Below, piece by piece: positions 50,963-64,000 of a stretch of 64,000 bases of DNA (its first letter is position 1; each line of letters opens with the position of its first letter). The DNA lies in assembly GCF_000143415.4 (NCBI RefSeq), contig NW_003314288.1, forward strand, positions 146,002 through 210,001. Reading direction: 5' to 3'. A model generated the notes under the pieces. That model was given only the letters and a program-made list of their open reading frames with translations. It searched no databases and had not been told where the DNA came from. Both the position numbers and the translations under genes were made by a program. Origin of the DNA: Selaginella moellendorffii. Its lineage: Eukaryota > Plantae > Lycopodiophyta.

Positions 50963-53900
50963 TATAAGCGACTAAATTCTCCATTATACTTTAGTCACTT
51001 AACCACACCTCCGACCACTTGGAGGAGTCTCATTCACAACCTCCATCAGTCCAATTCAGGACTTGGGACTTGCTAGCCCCAAGAATGGCATCCATGCCAC
51101 TCAACACTTGCACCTGGTCCAAGTGCTCCACATGTCCGGTCCCAAGACCGACACCCAAAGGTACCACTGACATCTCGGCCCGTTACGCTGAGGCCATGCC
51201 CGTTCACCTTCGCTGCACTAGTGGTCCAATACCACTTGCATCACCATCCTATCTCTCCAAGATTGGGCCATTTGTCCACGAGTGGTCATCCTAGATCCAC
51301 TCCTTAGCATCCTTAGGATGCCCACAGACTTGGGGAATCACTTTCCCCAAAGTCCCTTTGTCAGTTCCTACCAAGTCCCTTTCTGCCCCTAGCCGTGTTT
51401 GCCAACACTGTCACTGGATCGAGGCCCACAGGCCTGACCACTAAGTCCCATGGTCCTCTGGGACTTCCTCACCACACGACTGTGTCCTTGGTCACTACCC
51501 CAGAGGACTACTCCTCTTCCTTTCCACAATATAGGCCTTTGGGACAACATTTCGGAACACCGTGGCCTTACGCGAGCCACCTAGGTACTCTCCCCGCCTT
51601 TCGCCTTTAGGTGCTCTAGCCATGGGCTTAGAGCGAGGTTCCGTTGAGCCACACCTGGTATCCAAGTAGGTAGTGCCACCCACACTTGGATTGGGAGCAT
51701 CGGCCAGTCGATCTCCCGAGGGAACTAGAGCCGGCTCTTGAACACTTCACCAAGCTACCCCGCTTGTCAGTCCGTATTCACTTTAGTCTTGGACTTCCCA
51801 GTGGTCAGTTCATCACCCAACACTGGGTCTGGCCATCCTGGGCCAAACTGGCCTTCCCTGGCCAAACTGGCTCCACTGCAGTCCTCCCCCTTACTATACT
51901 TTTGGAGCTCACCAAACACCCCAGGGTCTGGGAGACGAACGCTTTGGGCTTTCACCCTCTCAAACTCGAACTCGGACTCGGACTCGGACTCGGACTCGGA
52001 CTCGGACTCAAACTCGGGCTCAAGCTCGGTTTCAGCCTTGGCCTCGGTCTCGGTCCCGGTCCCGGTCTCGATCTCGGTCCCGGTCTCGGTCTCGGTCTCG
52101 GTCCCGGTCTCGGTCTCGACCTCGGACTCCATCTCGGGTCCTTCTCGAACTCCATCTCGGACTCCATCTCGGACTCCGTCTCAGTCCATCTCGGACTCCA
52201 TCTCGGACTCCATCTCGGACTCCGTCTCGGTCCATCTCGGACTCCATCTCGGGTCCATCTCGGACTCCGTCTCGGTCCACCTCGGACTCCATCTCGGGTC
52301 CATCTTGGACTCCATATAGGACTCCACTTCGGGTCCATCTCGGACTCCATATCAGACTCCATCTCGGACTCCACTTCGGACTCCATATCGGACTCCACTT
52401 CGGGTCCATCTCGGACTCCAACTAGGGTCCTTCTCGGACTCCATCTTGGACACTTCCACGTGTCATGTGTTGGTCCTTTTTGGGTCCCTTTTTGGAGCCT
52501 CGCTTATTGCTCGCTTCGTGCTTGTTCCTCGAGCACTTTGTTGGGAGTTCCACTCCCACTCTCGACCTTTCAAGTCGGAGCTTTTAGTCCAAACGTGTTA
52601 CACTCGTTTGGCTTTCACTTCGGCCACTACCACGTGGCACCCTTTCCAGCTCCACTTTGGGGCCTAGGGATTTTGTGTCTCACAACTCCACCACCCATAG
52701 ACGAAGTTCGATGTCCTCATCGAACGGTAAACCATTTTATAAAGTAACACCCGCATGTGTTACCATTTCCATCCTTGGCCCCTAGCCAATATTTGTCAAT
52801 TGTTTGACATTGAAGGCTCACCATGCCTTCTCCATATTCGTCAATGGTTCGACACCAAAGGCTCACCATGCCTTGCCCATCCTCTAAGGAGGATAGTCTC
52901 TCCAACTTAGAGGCTCACTTGACCACCTGGGGTGGTTTGCTCCTTTTGATTGGTTCAGTTCTCGCTAAACCCGTTAGAGACACCCTCTCTAACTCAATTC
53001 CACTACTCATTCTTGAGTAGTTACAGATTCCATTGATCTACCTTTGCCATTTGGAACGTTTACTCTTGACTTTTTGGAGTCAATTTCCTAGGTGTCTCCG
53101 ACACCTTGCCTTGCACATTTTGTGCAACTCCACTTCCCTATCCTAGGAAGTTCTTTACTTGAGGGCACCATCATCCTCTTTTTTGTTTTGTGCCGCCCTT
53201 GGCACTACGTTCCAATTATCATCATTTGTGCCAGGGTTGTCCACGGCCCTATCCTTTGGCTACTTTGCCGCTCCTCACTTGGAGCTTTTACTTCGCCAAA
53301 TTGGAGCACTTGGGAACCTATCCTTGGAAGTCCACTTCCTTTTCCGCAATCTGCTAGCATCAAACACATTTGTGTTCCTTGGCTAACTTTGCCATTTGGG
53401 TTCCTTCCCATGATTCCCATGGCTCTTTTCTTGGCCACTAGTCTTTTGCTCCTATCCTTGATTGTTACACCTAACAACATCGGATCATTACCTCCATTGT
53501 TGAGGTATCCTCTTGATTCCATAGCAAAGACTTTACTTTGCCAAGTCCAAAGGGTGCTCACCCCTAGTACGTCTCTTTAGCATTTCCTACTGTGGGCTCT
53601 ATCCACGGCCCAACTTTTGAGACCCTCCCTTGGATCTTTTATAGAGACTACTTTCCTCGGACTTACTATGCCATAGCCGTGACATAGCTCATTTCCCATA
53701 GGTGCTCTTCCCACTTGGTCACCTTGACCAAGCCACACCATTATCAGTAGTTCAAATCAACACTTTGAACTAGGAATCATATCCCTTAACCCAAACAAAG
53801 ACATTGTCCTTGTTTAGCCACAAGATCACCTAGTGATCTCATCTTGACCACTTAATAGGTCTACCAATAGGGACTAGGTCTTTCAGACCCTTCTAAGTTG

Positions 53901-56900
53901 TTGACTATGACCCCGGGGGCATCCCCCACACTTGGCGGTGCGCCCAAGCCAGCCCTTCCGGCCAAGGATCCATAGCAACTGAGACTGGGTGTCCCCATCT
54001 CATTCACCACGTCCTTGGTGCCCTTTGCACCAAAGTGTTCAAGTTAGATATGCCGAGCTTTCACTCTAAGCAATCTAACCGTGCATCACGACTCCGAGGC
54101 ATCCCTCGCTTGGTGGTGTGCCCAAACCAGTCTCCTCACTGAGAGTCCATGACCACCGAAATATGAGTGTCCTCATATTCCAAACCATCACCACGCCCTA
54201 GCGATTTGGGACTCGAACCCAAGCACTAGAAGGTCGGGACTCGAACCCAACCTCCGTATATGCATCTACGGTCGGCATCGCCTAGGATGCCTGGCGTGAC
54301 TCCCCACGCCGGTGCACCAACTTATACTCAAAGCGCGTTATAGATCACAGCTTAGGAACCTAATTCCTCCACATTGCTAAGTCCTCTCACTTGACAAGTC
54401 TGTGATCATGCATGGACTCCTCCATGCTTGGCCCCATGGCCCACCCTTTTTGAAGTTATCACCTTCAATTAGGGTATTTGTTCCCCTGACTTGCCAATCT
54501 CGCTTTAGCAAGTCCTCCAACCACTATGACATGGTTCTTGCACAAGCGTGAAAGCCCTTGATCATCGACTTTCGTTCAAAGCCCTCTCTTTGAACACTCG
54601 GGAACTACTTCCCTAACCTGGATAGCCTTGCCTCATGGCAAGCTTCAAGACCACACTTCTGCTGCGCCACTCTGATTTCGCGCGTGCTTTGAACCATTTA
54701 CACTTGGCCTTTCTAGGTACTAAGCTACCTAAAATCATCTTTGGGAACCTTGAAGGAACTCTGTCCCTTAGCTTGCTAAGGCCTCCCTTTTTGCAAGCTT
54801 TCCAATTACCATATAGTCTAACATGGACAATTCCATATTTTAGACTTTCCATGGCATCACGGTTGCTAGCAGTAACACCCTCGAGCCCCCATTTGATTCT
54901 CCACTCCCAGCTGGCATAACCAACCTTGGTTATGCCCTTCGATTCCTATGGTTCGGTTCTACCCCCTTACTTCTTGCTTTTGGCTTCACACCTTTCCTTT
55001 GGTCATTCTCCTCCAGATTAGGAGGATAACTTTGCACTTTCTATCATGCCTTAGCAAGTATGCTTAGGGATGAACCTACCCGATAGCCTAGGGAGTGGTT
55101 CCTCAATCTTGGGCATGCTCACCTTATAATCCCACACACCGGGATTACGTTGTTGCTTATGGGCCCTTACATGCCCATCACTAGCCTTACCAAAATTCCA
55201 TTTTTGGCTTTGTCCAATTCGAGTAGACAGTCTTCTCCTATCTCCGCCACCTTGGACATTTGGATAGCACCTTCTATCCATCATTCGCTAAAGACTTAGT
55301 CCTTTGGGCCTTATCTATTGCCCTTGCGACATCAAACACCACCTCCTGGTGTTCTAGAGTGTTTGGGTGTCCCAATGATGGCCTCTGGACAATGAGCATT
55401 CCCGTTTACGACATTGACTTACTATATCGCAACATAAGCAATTTATCCCCCGTAAGGGTATATCTAACTTCTTTATACCATTAAGAAGTCTTGGGTAGCT
55501 ACCTTCTACCCGTTTAACCAATTATCTTGCACCTCTTGCTTAGTTGCCCCATAGCTGTCAAGTCTTACAACTCATTGCTTGGTGCTTCCACACCTCCATC
55601 ATTATCTGGGTCACCACACTCCAACCGCATGCCTTCCAGCTTAGGCCACGCCTTTCCCGCTTCCGTTGGGATTCCCTGGGTAAGGTGTTCTTATGAACCC
55701 ACCATCATAACCTCAAGGTATCACACTTTGGCACATTTGGTGTCTCCACACCATCGGCTCCACGAGCCTACCTTTATGACACTTTTTCTTTGTGTCTAAG
55801 TCTTTGCCAAGACCAATACCACTCTTTCTCATGCCAACCATCTGTTAGCACGGCACCATAAAGGTCACACACAACTTTGTTTCAAAGTTGTTTTCTTTTT
55901 GGGAACACCCTTCCCACGACTTTAGCATGGCACGGTTTGCCATCGATGAGATACCCTCTGTTCTCATCCTTGGATCCTATGATCCCCCCCATCCTTCGTG
56001 GGGTACCACACACCTCAGTCCAAATGCTTCCATCAATCCTTTAGGATTATTCCTTGACTCTATTGGAGTCATCCAGCTTTTTGGACTTTGTCATCCGACG
56101 ACCCATGAGGTCCTACCTTTGAGGTGCCAGCTCACTGGAATACAACTTCTTGTATTCAGGTCCTACTCACAAGGACCATCTTTGCAAGTGTTACTCCGAT
56201 ACTTGATTTGTTCTTTTGGGGCAACCTTTTGCCTCTTAGGACCACTTGTCCATGTGATGAGAATACCAACTCATCCTCTAAGTACATCCCCAACTCCTTG
56301 GGTTGTTCCAGCATTTATCAAGGGTAACCTCAGCTACCATTTCGAGGACTTGTGTCCTCTCCTATATTTGACCTCCCATGGTCATCAATTCCAGCCTCAA
56401 AGTTATGAGCACCGGCTTCAACTATATGAGGGTAATCTTGTGACTCCTTTATTATTTTGGAGTCTACATCTTTCCCGTGATCCCAATTATAGTTGTTTAC
56501 CACAACTATGTTGGTCCGTTTGCTGCGTCAAACGCTCATCTGGATCACATCCTCAGCTCTCTGAGGAAACCTTATACTGTTCCTAAGATCCCAAAGTTGT
56601 TCTATTATTGGCCCCTTTTCTATCCACCACATCGTGCCCAAGTTCACGCATGAACTTGAGTGGAGAGCCATGTCCTCTGGACATGCTACTCCTTAAGGAT
56701 AGGCCCACTCCTAGGACCTTCCAATGCCAACATCAATGGTGATATACCTGAGCACCAATAAAAGTCAGACTAAGGAACAGCTCTGATACCAAGTTGTAAG
56801 CGACTAAATTCTCCATTATACTTTAGTCACTTAACCACACCTCCGACCACTTGGAGGAGTCTCATTCACAACCTCCATCAGTCCAATTCAGGACTTGGGA

Positions 56901-58510
56901 CTTGCTAGCCCCAAGAATGGCATCCATGCCATTCAACACTTGCACCTGGTCCAAGTGCTCCACGTGTCCGGTCCCAAGACCGACACCCAAAGGTACCACT
57001 GACATCTCGGCCCGTTATGCTGAGGCCATGCACGTTCACCTTCGCTGCACTAGTGGTCCAATACCACTTGCATCACCATCCCGTCTCTCCAAGACTGGGC
57101 CATCTGTCCACGAGTGGTCATCCTAGATCCACTCCTTAGCATGCTTAGGATGCCCACAGACCTGGGGAATCGCCTTCCCCAAAGTCCCTTTGTCAGTTCC
57201 TACCAAGTCCCTTTCTGCCCCTAGCCGTGTTTGCCAACACTGTCACTGGATTGAGGCCCACAGGCCCGACCACTAAGTCCCATGGTCCTCTGGGACTTCC
57301 TCACCACACGACTGTGTCCTTGGTCACTACCTCAGAGGACTGCTCCTCTTCCTTTCCACAGTATAGGCCTTTGGGACAACATTTCGGAACACCGTGGCCT
57401 TACGCGAGCCACCTAGGTACTCTCCCCGCCTTTCGCCTTTAGGTGCTCTAGCCATGGGCTTAGAGCGAGGTTCCGTTGAGCCATGCCTGGTATCCAAGTA
57501 GGTAGTGCCACCCACACTTGGATTGGGAGCATCGGCCAGTCGATCTCCCGGGGGAACTAGAGCCGGCTCTTGAACACTTCACCAAGCTACCCCACTTGTC
57601 GGTCCGTATTCACTCTAGTCTTGGACTTCCCAGTGGTCAGTTCATCACCCAACACTGGGTCTGGCCATCCTGGGCCAAACTGGCCTTCCCTGGCCAAACT
57701 GGCTCCACTGCAGTCCTCCCCCTTACTATACTTTTGGAGCTCACCAAACCCCCCAGGGTCTGGGAGACGAACGCTTTGGGCTTTCACCCTCTCAGACTCG
57801 AACTCGGACTCGGACTCGGACTCGGACTTGGACTCGGACTCGGACTCGGACTCGGACTCGGGCTCGGGCTCGGTCTCAGCCTTGGCCTCGGTCTCGGTCC
57901 CGATCCCGGTCCCGGTCTCGGTCTCGGTCCCGGTCTCGGTCCCGGTCTCGGTCTCGACCTCGGACTCCATCTCGGGTCCTTCTCGAACTCCATCTCGGAC
58001 TCCGTCTCGGTCCATCTCGGACTCCATCTCGGACTCCATCTTGGACTCCGTCTCGGTCCATCTCGGACTCCATCTTGGGTCCATCTCGGACTCCGTCTCG
58101 GTCCACCTCGGACTCCATCTCAGGTCCATCTCGGACTCCATATCGGACTCCACTTCGGGTCCATCTCGGACTCCATATCGGACTCCATCTCGGACTCCAC
58201 TTCGGACTCCATATCGGACTCCACTTCGGGTCCATCTCGGACTCCAACTAGAGTCCGTCTCGGACTCCATCTCGGACACTTCCACGTGTCATGTGTTGGT
58301 CCTTTTTGGGTCCCTTTTTGGAGCCTCGCTTATTGCTCGCTTCGTGCTTGTTCCTCGAGCACTTTGTTGGGAGTTCCACTCCCACTCTCGACCTTTCAAG
58401 TCGGAGCTTTTAGTCCAAACGTGTTACACTCATTTGGCTTTCACTTCGGCCACTACCATGTGGCACCCTTTCCAGCTCCACTTTGGGGCCTAGGGATTTT
58501 GTGTCTCACA
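50963..58510 (-). mobile_element. Non-autonomous LTR element E (LARD-like), related to element A
   Basis: 1.72-kb LTRs at 50963-52684 and 56795-58510, TSD CCATC, perfect PBS TGGTATCAGAGC (56780-56791). PPT and 3' region are shared with A. The 4.1-kb interior has no intact ORF. CTCGGA arrays at about 51965-52445 and 57795-58275. Confidence 0.93.
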
Positions 58511-59579
58511 CCATCATCCACAACCATATATATTAAGGAGACATTAGGCCTTTCACTCCAAGATAATACACCTTTCAACTAGTATTGATTCATAGCTTGC
58601 ATATTTCTTACACATTTGTTCAAAGTTTTGCCTTTAGTCTTTATTTGATTGTTTGCTAGCACTTGCTCCATTTGGTTATATTGCATGAGTCAAACATCAT
58701 TGTCTCACTGATGTTATAGTCAAAAGTATTTATTTATGTTTGTGGTGGATCAAGTATAGACTAGTGGTAGCAGGTGGAGAAAGGATGCTTGGGATAGTTG
58801 TTTTTAGTTGGAGGTCGCTAAATATGTAATCATGGAGGTGGTGAGGAATATGTGAAGTATATTCTATAGTATATAGTGAAAGTATATCCTGGGGTTTCAA
58901 AAAAGATTCTATCACAATATTCACAAGTTGTCCTCCTACACACACTTGTAGCCAATCACCATGCTTGTACCAAGTGGGTGGAAGAAATCTTTTCCCCTGC
59001 AGCTGTTTAGGACACCACTATAATATTCCTTAAGAACCATATTTGTGCATGGTTTGGAGTTCTATGTGTTTTTCTATCAAATCATATATCACACTTCATG
59101 GGAGAGGTTGTCTAGGAGCTGATGGAGTCCCTAAGAGTCAAGCATGCTCACTCCAACTTGTAAATCCACAAGGGAATGGGTAGAGTGGGTCTACAAAAAA
59201 GGTCTTGAAAAGCCAAAGACATGGAGCAAACATTTTCCTAAGGCATTGTGGACATTTTGCAGAACATACAGGATCGGATGCATGGTATCAATGCCATAAA
59301 AAAGTTGGAAGGGAGTGTAGCCAATTGTTGACTAACTTTGCATCTCTAGCTTGAGGTGACTAGTGTTGAAGGCCTAAATTCCACTCTACAACTCTAACAA
59401 TGCCATGACTAGCTCTTGGAGCTTGAGGAGACTAGAGGGCATGCAGCCCTGCATAATTGACTATACTAGTAGTGTAGATGTCTAGATTTTTGTGTGTGAA
59501 ATGCTCTATCGACTTCATTGCTTTCATATGATTATGTACATAATGGTATGGATGTGATGCTTGTTGGTTGGTCTTTTAG

Positions 59580-62150
59580 ATGGATGATTTAGATTTTTTG
59601 TTGATTTGGAGACTTCCCATCACTCGTTTCCACACTCCTCATGGCTTTCATTGTTACTCAAATAGAGTGTTATGAGGAAGACTTTATGCTTCACTTGAGG
59701 CAAGGACTTTGTCAAGATATCAGCAATCATTAAGGTAGTCCAGGAAAATTTGAGATTGATGGTTCCATTGTTGACTTGATCCCAAATGAAGTGGAGCCTC
59801 AACTCAATGTGCTTGGCGCATAAGTGAAATCTTGCATCCTGAGTCAATGTTATTGTCAACATGTTGTTGCAGTGGAGTTTAACTCCTAGAATTTGTATCC
59901 TAAGGTCCTATAGTAACGTCTTAAGCCAAATGGTTTTTTTCACTATTGTTATAGCTGCAATATATACAGACTTGCATGAGGATATTGCAGTGATTTGCTA
60001 CCTCCTGGAACACCAACTAATCATGTTATGATTATACAAGGTAGATCTATTGTCATCTGGATCTCTTGCCTAATCTGCTTCTATATATACCACTAGGCCA
60101 TTGTCTTCTTTCCTCTTGCATATTTTAATGTGTATTTCCTTATACCACTCATATACCTCAAGATCCACTTCATAGCAACCCAATATGAGGATGATAGGTT
60201 GTCTAGAAACTTTGAGATTGCTTCCACACTTAATGCAAGGTTAGGTCTACTCAAGACCATCAAGTAGATGAGACATTTGACCATTGAATACAATGTCATA
60301 TTCTCCAATTCAAGAGTGTCATTTAAAGTTGATGTTGAGCTAGAAGCCTTAGACACCTTGGAGCTTGCTTCCATGGGAGTAGCCATCAAGTTAGCATGAT
60401 TGGTCATCTCAATTTTAGTAGCAAGGTAAGCCTTAATTCGGTTGATGAGTCATATTTGGTTGGAGGCTAATAGTGTATCATCCACATATAAGGCTAAGAA
60501 TAGAAATCCTTGGCCATCTCAATATATATAGAGATTTTTATTAGCCACACTATGAGTAAAGCCCAACAAAGTTAGAAAATTGTAAATTTTAGTGTACCAT
60601 GACATAAAGTACCTTGTGTAAGCGGCAAATGAGATGCTCTTATCCAGGATGTACAAACCTAGAAGGCTACACAACATACACCTCCTCCTTAAGATCACCA
60701 TTGAGGAAAGCAATTCTACTTAACTATGACTACCTTCTTGTTGGGAGGGAGGGGAACTAATATCCAAGTTTCATTCTTGATTGCATAGCCACTTACCATT
60801 TTAAGACAAAACTAGAAAGAGCAGCTTGGCCCAATAAAAATCCTTTCTTGCATAAAGCCTTAGCAAGGGATTCTAAAGCTTTGAGGGTTGGCTTGCTCAT
60901 ACGTCCTAAACATGTAACAGCCCCAATCTCTTAATGAAGCTGGAAAAGCCTGAACAATAGTGGTGTTTGTGGGAAGTTGTATCACCACCAAGTGGAGGAG
61001 CCATTGCTCCTCTTGGAACAAGCTACCTTTGAACTGCTGGTGCTTGAGGCTGGACAAACTCCTCATCCAGCACTAGGATTAAGTCCACCACATTAGAATT
61101 GGAAGAAGCAATACCTTGAATATGGTAATAGAGTTCTTGCTTATTGAGAGAATTATCTTAGCTAACAACGTGCTTCTTGAGAGCAAAATCATAAAGGCGG
61201 TAAGTCTTAAAATGAGTATAGTAGCCCACAAAGATGGTCTTCTAGCTCATAAGATCTAGCATCTATTGAATTGCATCTAGAATATGTGTACATAATATAC
61301 CCAAAGATCTAAAGTGCCCTAATTGAGAAAGCTTCCCTTGTCAAAGCATGATAAAGAACTATGCCGGTGCTCCTTGTGGGAAGATGGTTATGGATATAAA
61401 TAGTTGTGTTGACTACTTCATCCTAAAAGGATTTGGGCAAGCCTGTGTGTTGGAGAAGGCATAAACAGTCTCTAGCAAAGCATGATTAAGTTGCTTTGCC
61501 ACACCATTCTATTGGGGAGTATAGGTTGTTATATACTACTAAACGATGCCAACCTTAGCTAGAAAGTTAAAAAACTCACTTTTGTGGTTAAGTGTTTCTA
61601 CGGGCAGGTAGCACATGTAATTGTGAACTAGATCCAACAAGTCTATAACTTGTTCCTCTATAGTTCTTGACGTGAATGAAAGGCAAACTTTCTTGCCAAG
61701 ATGGCATCACACTCTTAGCTAGCCATCTAGGGGGTGTGAAAACACTTCACACCCCCTAGATGGCTAGCTAAGAGTGTGATGCCTTCAATAAATTGGTTGC
61801 AAGCTAAGGCATGCAAATTTAGTTCATTGACATGCCCCATACTAGTATGCTGCAACTTGATGGTTTTATATGCTTGAAGAGTAAGGACTTGAGTTAGAAA
61901 TACCAGTTCCATATTTAAATGGTAGAGAGTTTCACCACTAGCCATATGAGTACCATCATGAGCATAGATTATGCACCCTTCTGCCAAGAAAGTGGTGGTA
62001 AAGCCTTAATTTGAGATTGCATCTATAGAAAGAACAGTCTATCCAACTTCATAGACAAAGTGAACATGATGAACCTCATTGAGAAGTCCATTTGGAAGCT
62101 TAATTATCACCATGCTATAGCCTTCCATCTATAGTGTTTTTTTATTGTTG
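59580..62150 (-). pseudogene. Decayed Ty1/copia pol remnant
   Basis: AKHIELRLHFI..ADILTKSL (RNase H), LYVDDTLL at about 60480 (RT), YTPQ*NGVA at about 61510 (IN); domain order IN-RT-RH. Confidence 0.85.
61703..61783. repeat. Perfect 38-bp inverted repeat with 5-nt loop
   Basis: GGCATCACACTCTTAGCTAGCCATCTAGGGGGTGTGAA, then AACAC, then its exact reverse complement. Confidence 0.95.
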
Positions 62151-62160
62151 TAGAGTATAG

Positions 62161-64000
62161 TGTAGTGCATCTAAATTTAGAGCTAAACTCCAACCCATTG
62201 CACTACGAAACAAGGGTTTGGTACAATCCCACAAGCACTAGCTCCCCATATCTAGCACTTGCATGCAAAATAGTGTTAGATAGTGTCTGGCACAATTTTG
62301 GCATACCGGTGGCCTAACACGAGGAGGAGTGTACCCCACCGACTAGAGCAGCATAAAGCTTGGGCTTAGACCCAATCTAGATACAAAACAAAGAGCAACA
62401 CAGCCCAATAGGAGCCAAACTAATATCTCAATTAATCAGACATGCATTCCAACCACTATCCCTTAGAACCATTTGTAGTGCCCGTCCCCCCCACCCCCCC
62501 TTGAGGAACACACACTTTGGGCTTTCACCCTAAGCCTCCCTTAGTACCAAGAGTTAGTCTTTAGGACAATCTCAAAACTTACTAAATATAGAATATTCTT
62601 AGATTGCGAATTTGGATATAGGACAAACACCATTGTGTTCAAGACAATCTCTACATTCTATAGATATGTTAAATGAGAAAATCTAAACACTTTCCATAAT
62701 TAGCCAATGAAATGAAATAAGACTAATGCAAAGGGCATGATAGTAAGGGTGTTTGGCAAACACAATAAGCTATCATGTAATGATATTGAGAAACTATACT
62801 CAATATCAAGGGGGTTCTCAATACTAAGAAGTGCAAGTCAACGAATGAATTTCTCTGACCAAGTTAAGTATGTTTGACAAATAGCATTTAGAAATTTCAT
62901 CCTTATGCTCATCTAGTCAAGTGCACACGCAATGACCAGTTTCTCAACTAGCTTGGGTGGAGACTATAAAAAGAATCAGCAGTACCGACCTCTTGCCATC
63001 ATGGCAGTAAAAAAAAAGTGTCCATAAGGACTGGCCAACAAATATCTTTCAATACCTGAATTCACATTTGCGACACTCTCCCCCCTGGAGAAAATCAACA
63101 TCCTCATCAATGCATATTTAAGTCTAGCAAACCGTCAAGGAAACAACTCTAAAAGTTAAAGGAAAGCACACTATATGGGAAACACATTGACTTAAATGAG
63201 TTATGGAACAACCTTTCCTCTACATCCAAAGACATTAAGACTCAGACACCTTCCAACTGTCACCGACAAGGAAATGACTAACGGAGTTAGCCACCCTTTG
63301 TAGCGCACGTGGTTTTGACCCTTTATCCTATGGTGATTTACTATAGGATAACACCAAGAAGCGGAACCTAAACCCTCTTTGTGCCACGTGACAGATGCCA
63401 CGTGTCCAAAGGAACATGGTGCGGAACTCGAGGTTTAAGGCCTTGGGCCATTGAACGAAGGAACAGTGCCAAACTCCCAAGCATGGAGCCAAGGAGTGAT
63501 GGAACTGGGAACCACCCACAGCAACCCCCCCCCCTTGAGGAACACATACTTTGGCTTTGGGCTTTCACCCCAAGCCTCCCTTAGTATCAGGAGTTAGTCT
63601 CTAGGACAAGCTTGAAACTTACTAAATATAGAATGTTCCTAGATTGCGAATTTGGACACGGGATGAACACCATTGTGTTCAGGCCAATCTCTACATTCCG
63701 TAGATATGCCAAATGAGCAAATCTAGACACTTTCCATAATTAGCATTTGGGACCGAAATGAGACTAACACAAAAGGCGTGATAGCAAGGGTGTTTGGCAG
63801 ACACGGTAAGCTATCATCCAGCAATATTGAGGGATTAATCTCAATACGCGAGGGTTTTTGTCACTAGCCAGTGCAAGACATAACGAGACGGGAACTCCTT
63901 ATCGGGCTAAGTATGCTTAGCTAATAACACATAGGAATTCCGTCCTTATGCTCATCCAGTCTAAGTACACTCGAAATGCCCAGTTAACTCCACTAGCACA
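62161..64000 (-). mobile_element. Family-X-like LTR (62161-63075) with PPT, followed by another family-X LTR from 63299 to the window end
   Basis: ...CACATTTGCGACA at 63075 followed by CTCTCCCCCC; TGTAGCGCACGTGG at 63299 matches 2595. Confidence 0.75.

Noticed and set aside
51686-58582. 300-350 aa GLGL/SDSD ORFs in the E LTRs, and similar ORFs in the A LTRs
   Set aside because: Stop-free hexamer arrays open in several frames on both strands; no domain.
58800-59400. Possible gypsy integrase remnant (PQGNG-like)
   Set aside because: Too degenerate to delimit or support.

Overview
Repeat-dense land-plant genomic DNA with no host gene; a non-seed vascular plant (fern or lycophyte) is likely but is inference. 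Most of the window is nested LTR retrotransposons: a young Ty3/gypsy chromovirus (3217-10748), a self-priming Tcn1/Tf1-type chromovirus (37535-43121), a non-autonomous LARD-like relative (50963-58510), a TRIM, four 5S-bearing Cassandra-type solo LTRs, several copies of a non-coding LTR family (family X), and decayed gypsy and copia remnants. The stand-out is a 12.5-kb DNA transposon (19764-32241) with perfect 22-bp TIRs. It encodes a Sola-like/DUF7869 DDD transposase and, divergently, a ~1,500-aa multi-exon gene with a ParB/Srx-like N-terminal domain and a degenerate beta-class DNA-methyltransferase-like domain. About 23-26 copies of one 22-bp palindrome (ATGGCRTG-N6-CAYGCCAT) are spread through this element, including inside ~50-nt introns, and I found none outside it. 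This suggests a ParB/parS-like self-recognition or anti-silencing module. Second highlight: the young gypsy has two GT-AG introns (47 and 52 nt) in its integrase region whose removal restores a 1557-aa Gag-Pol. All domain calls are by-eye motif recognition, not database searches.
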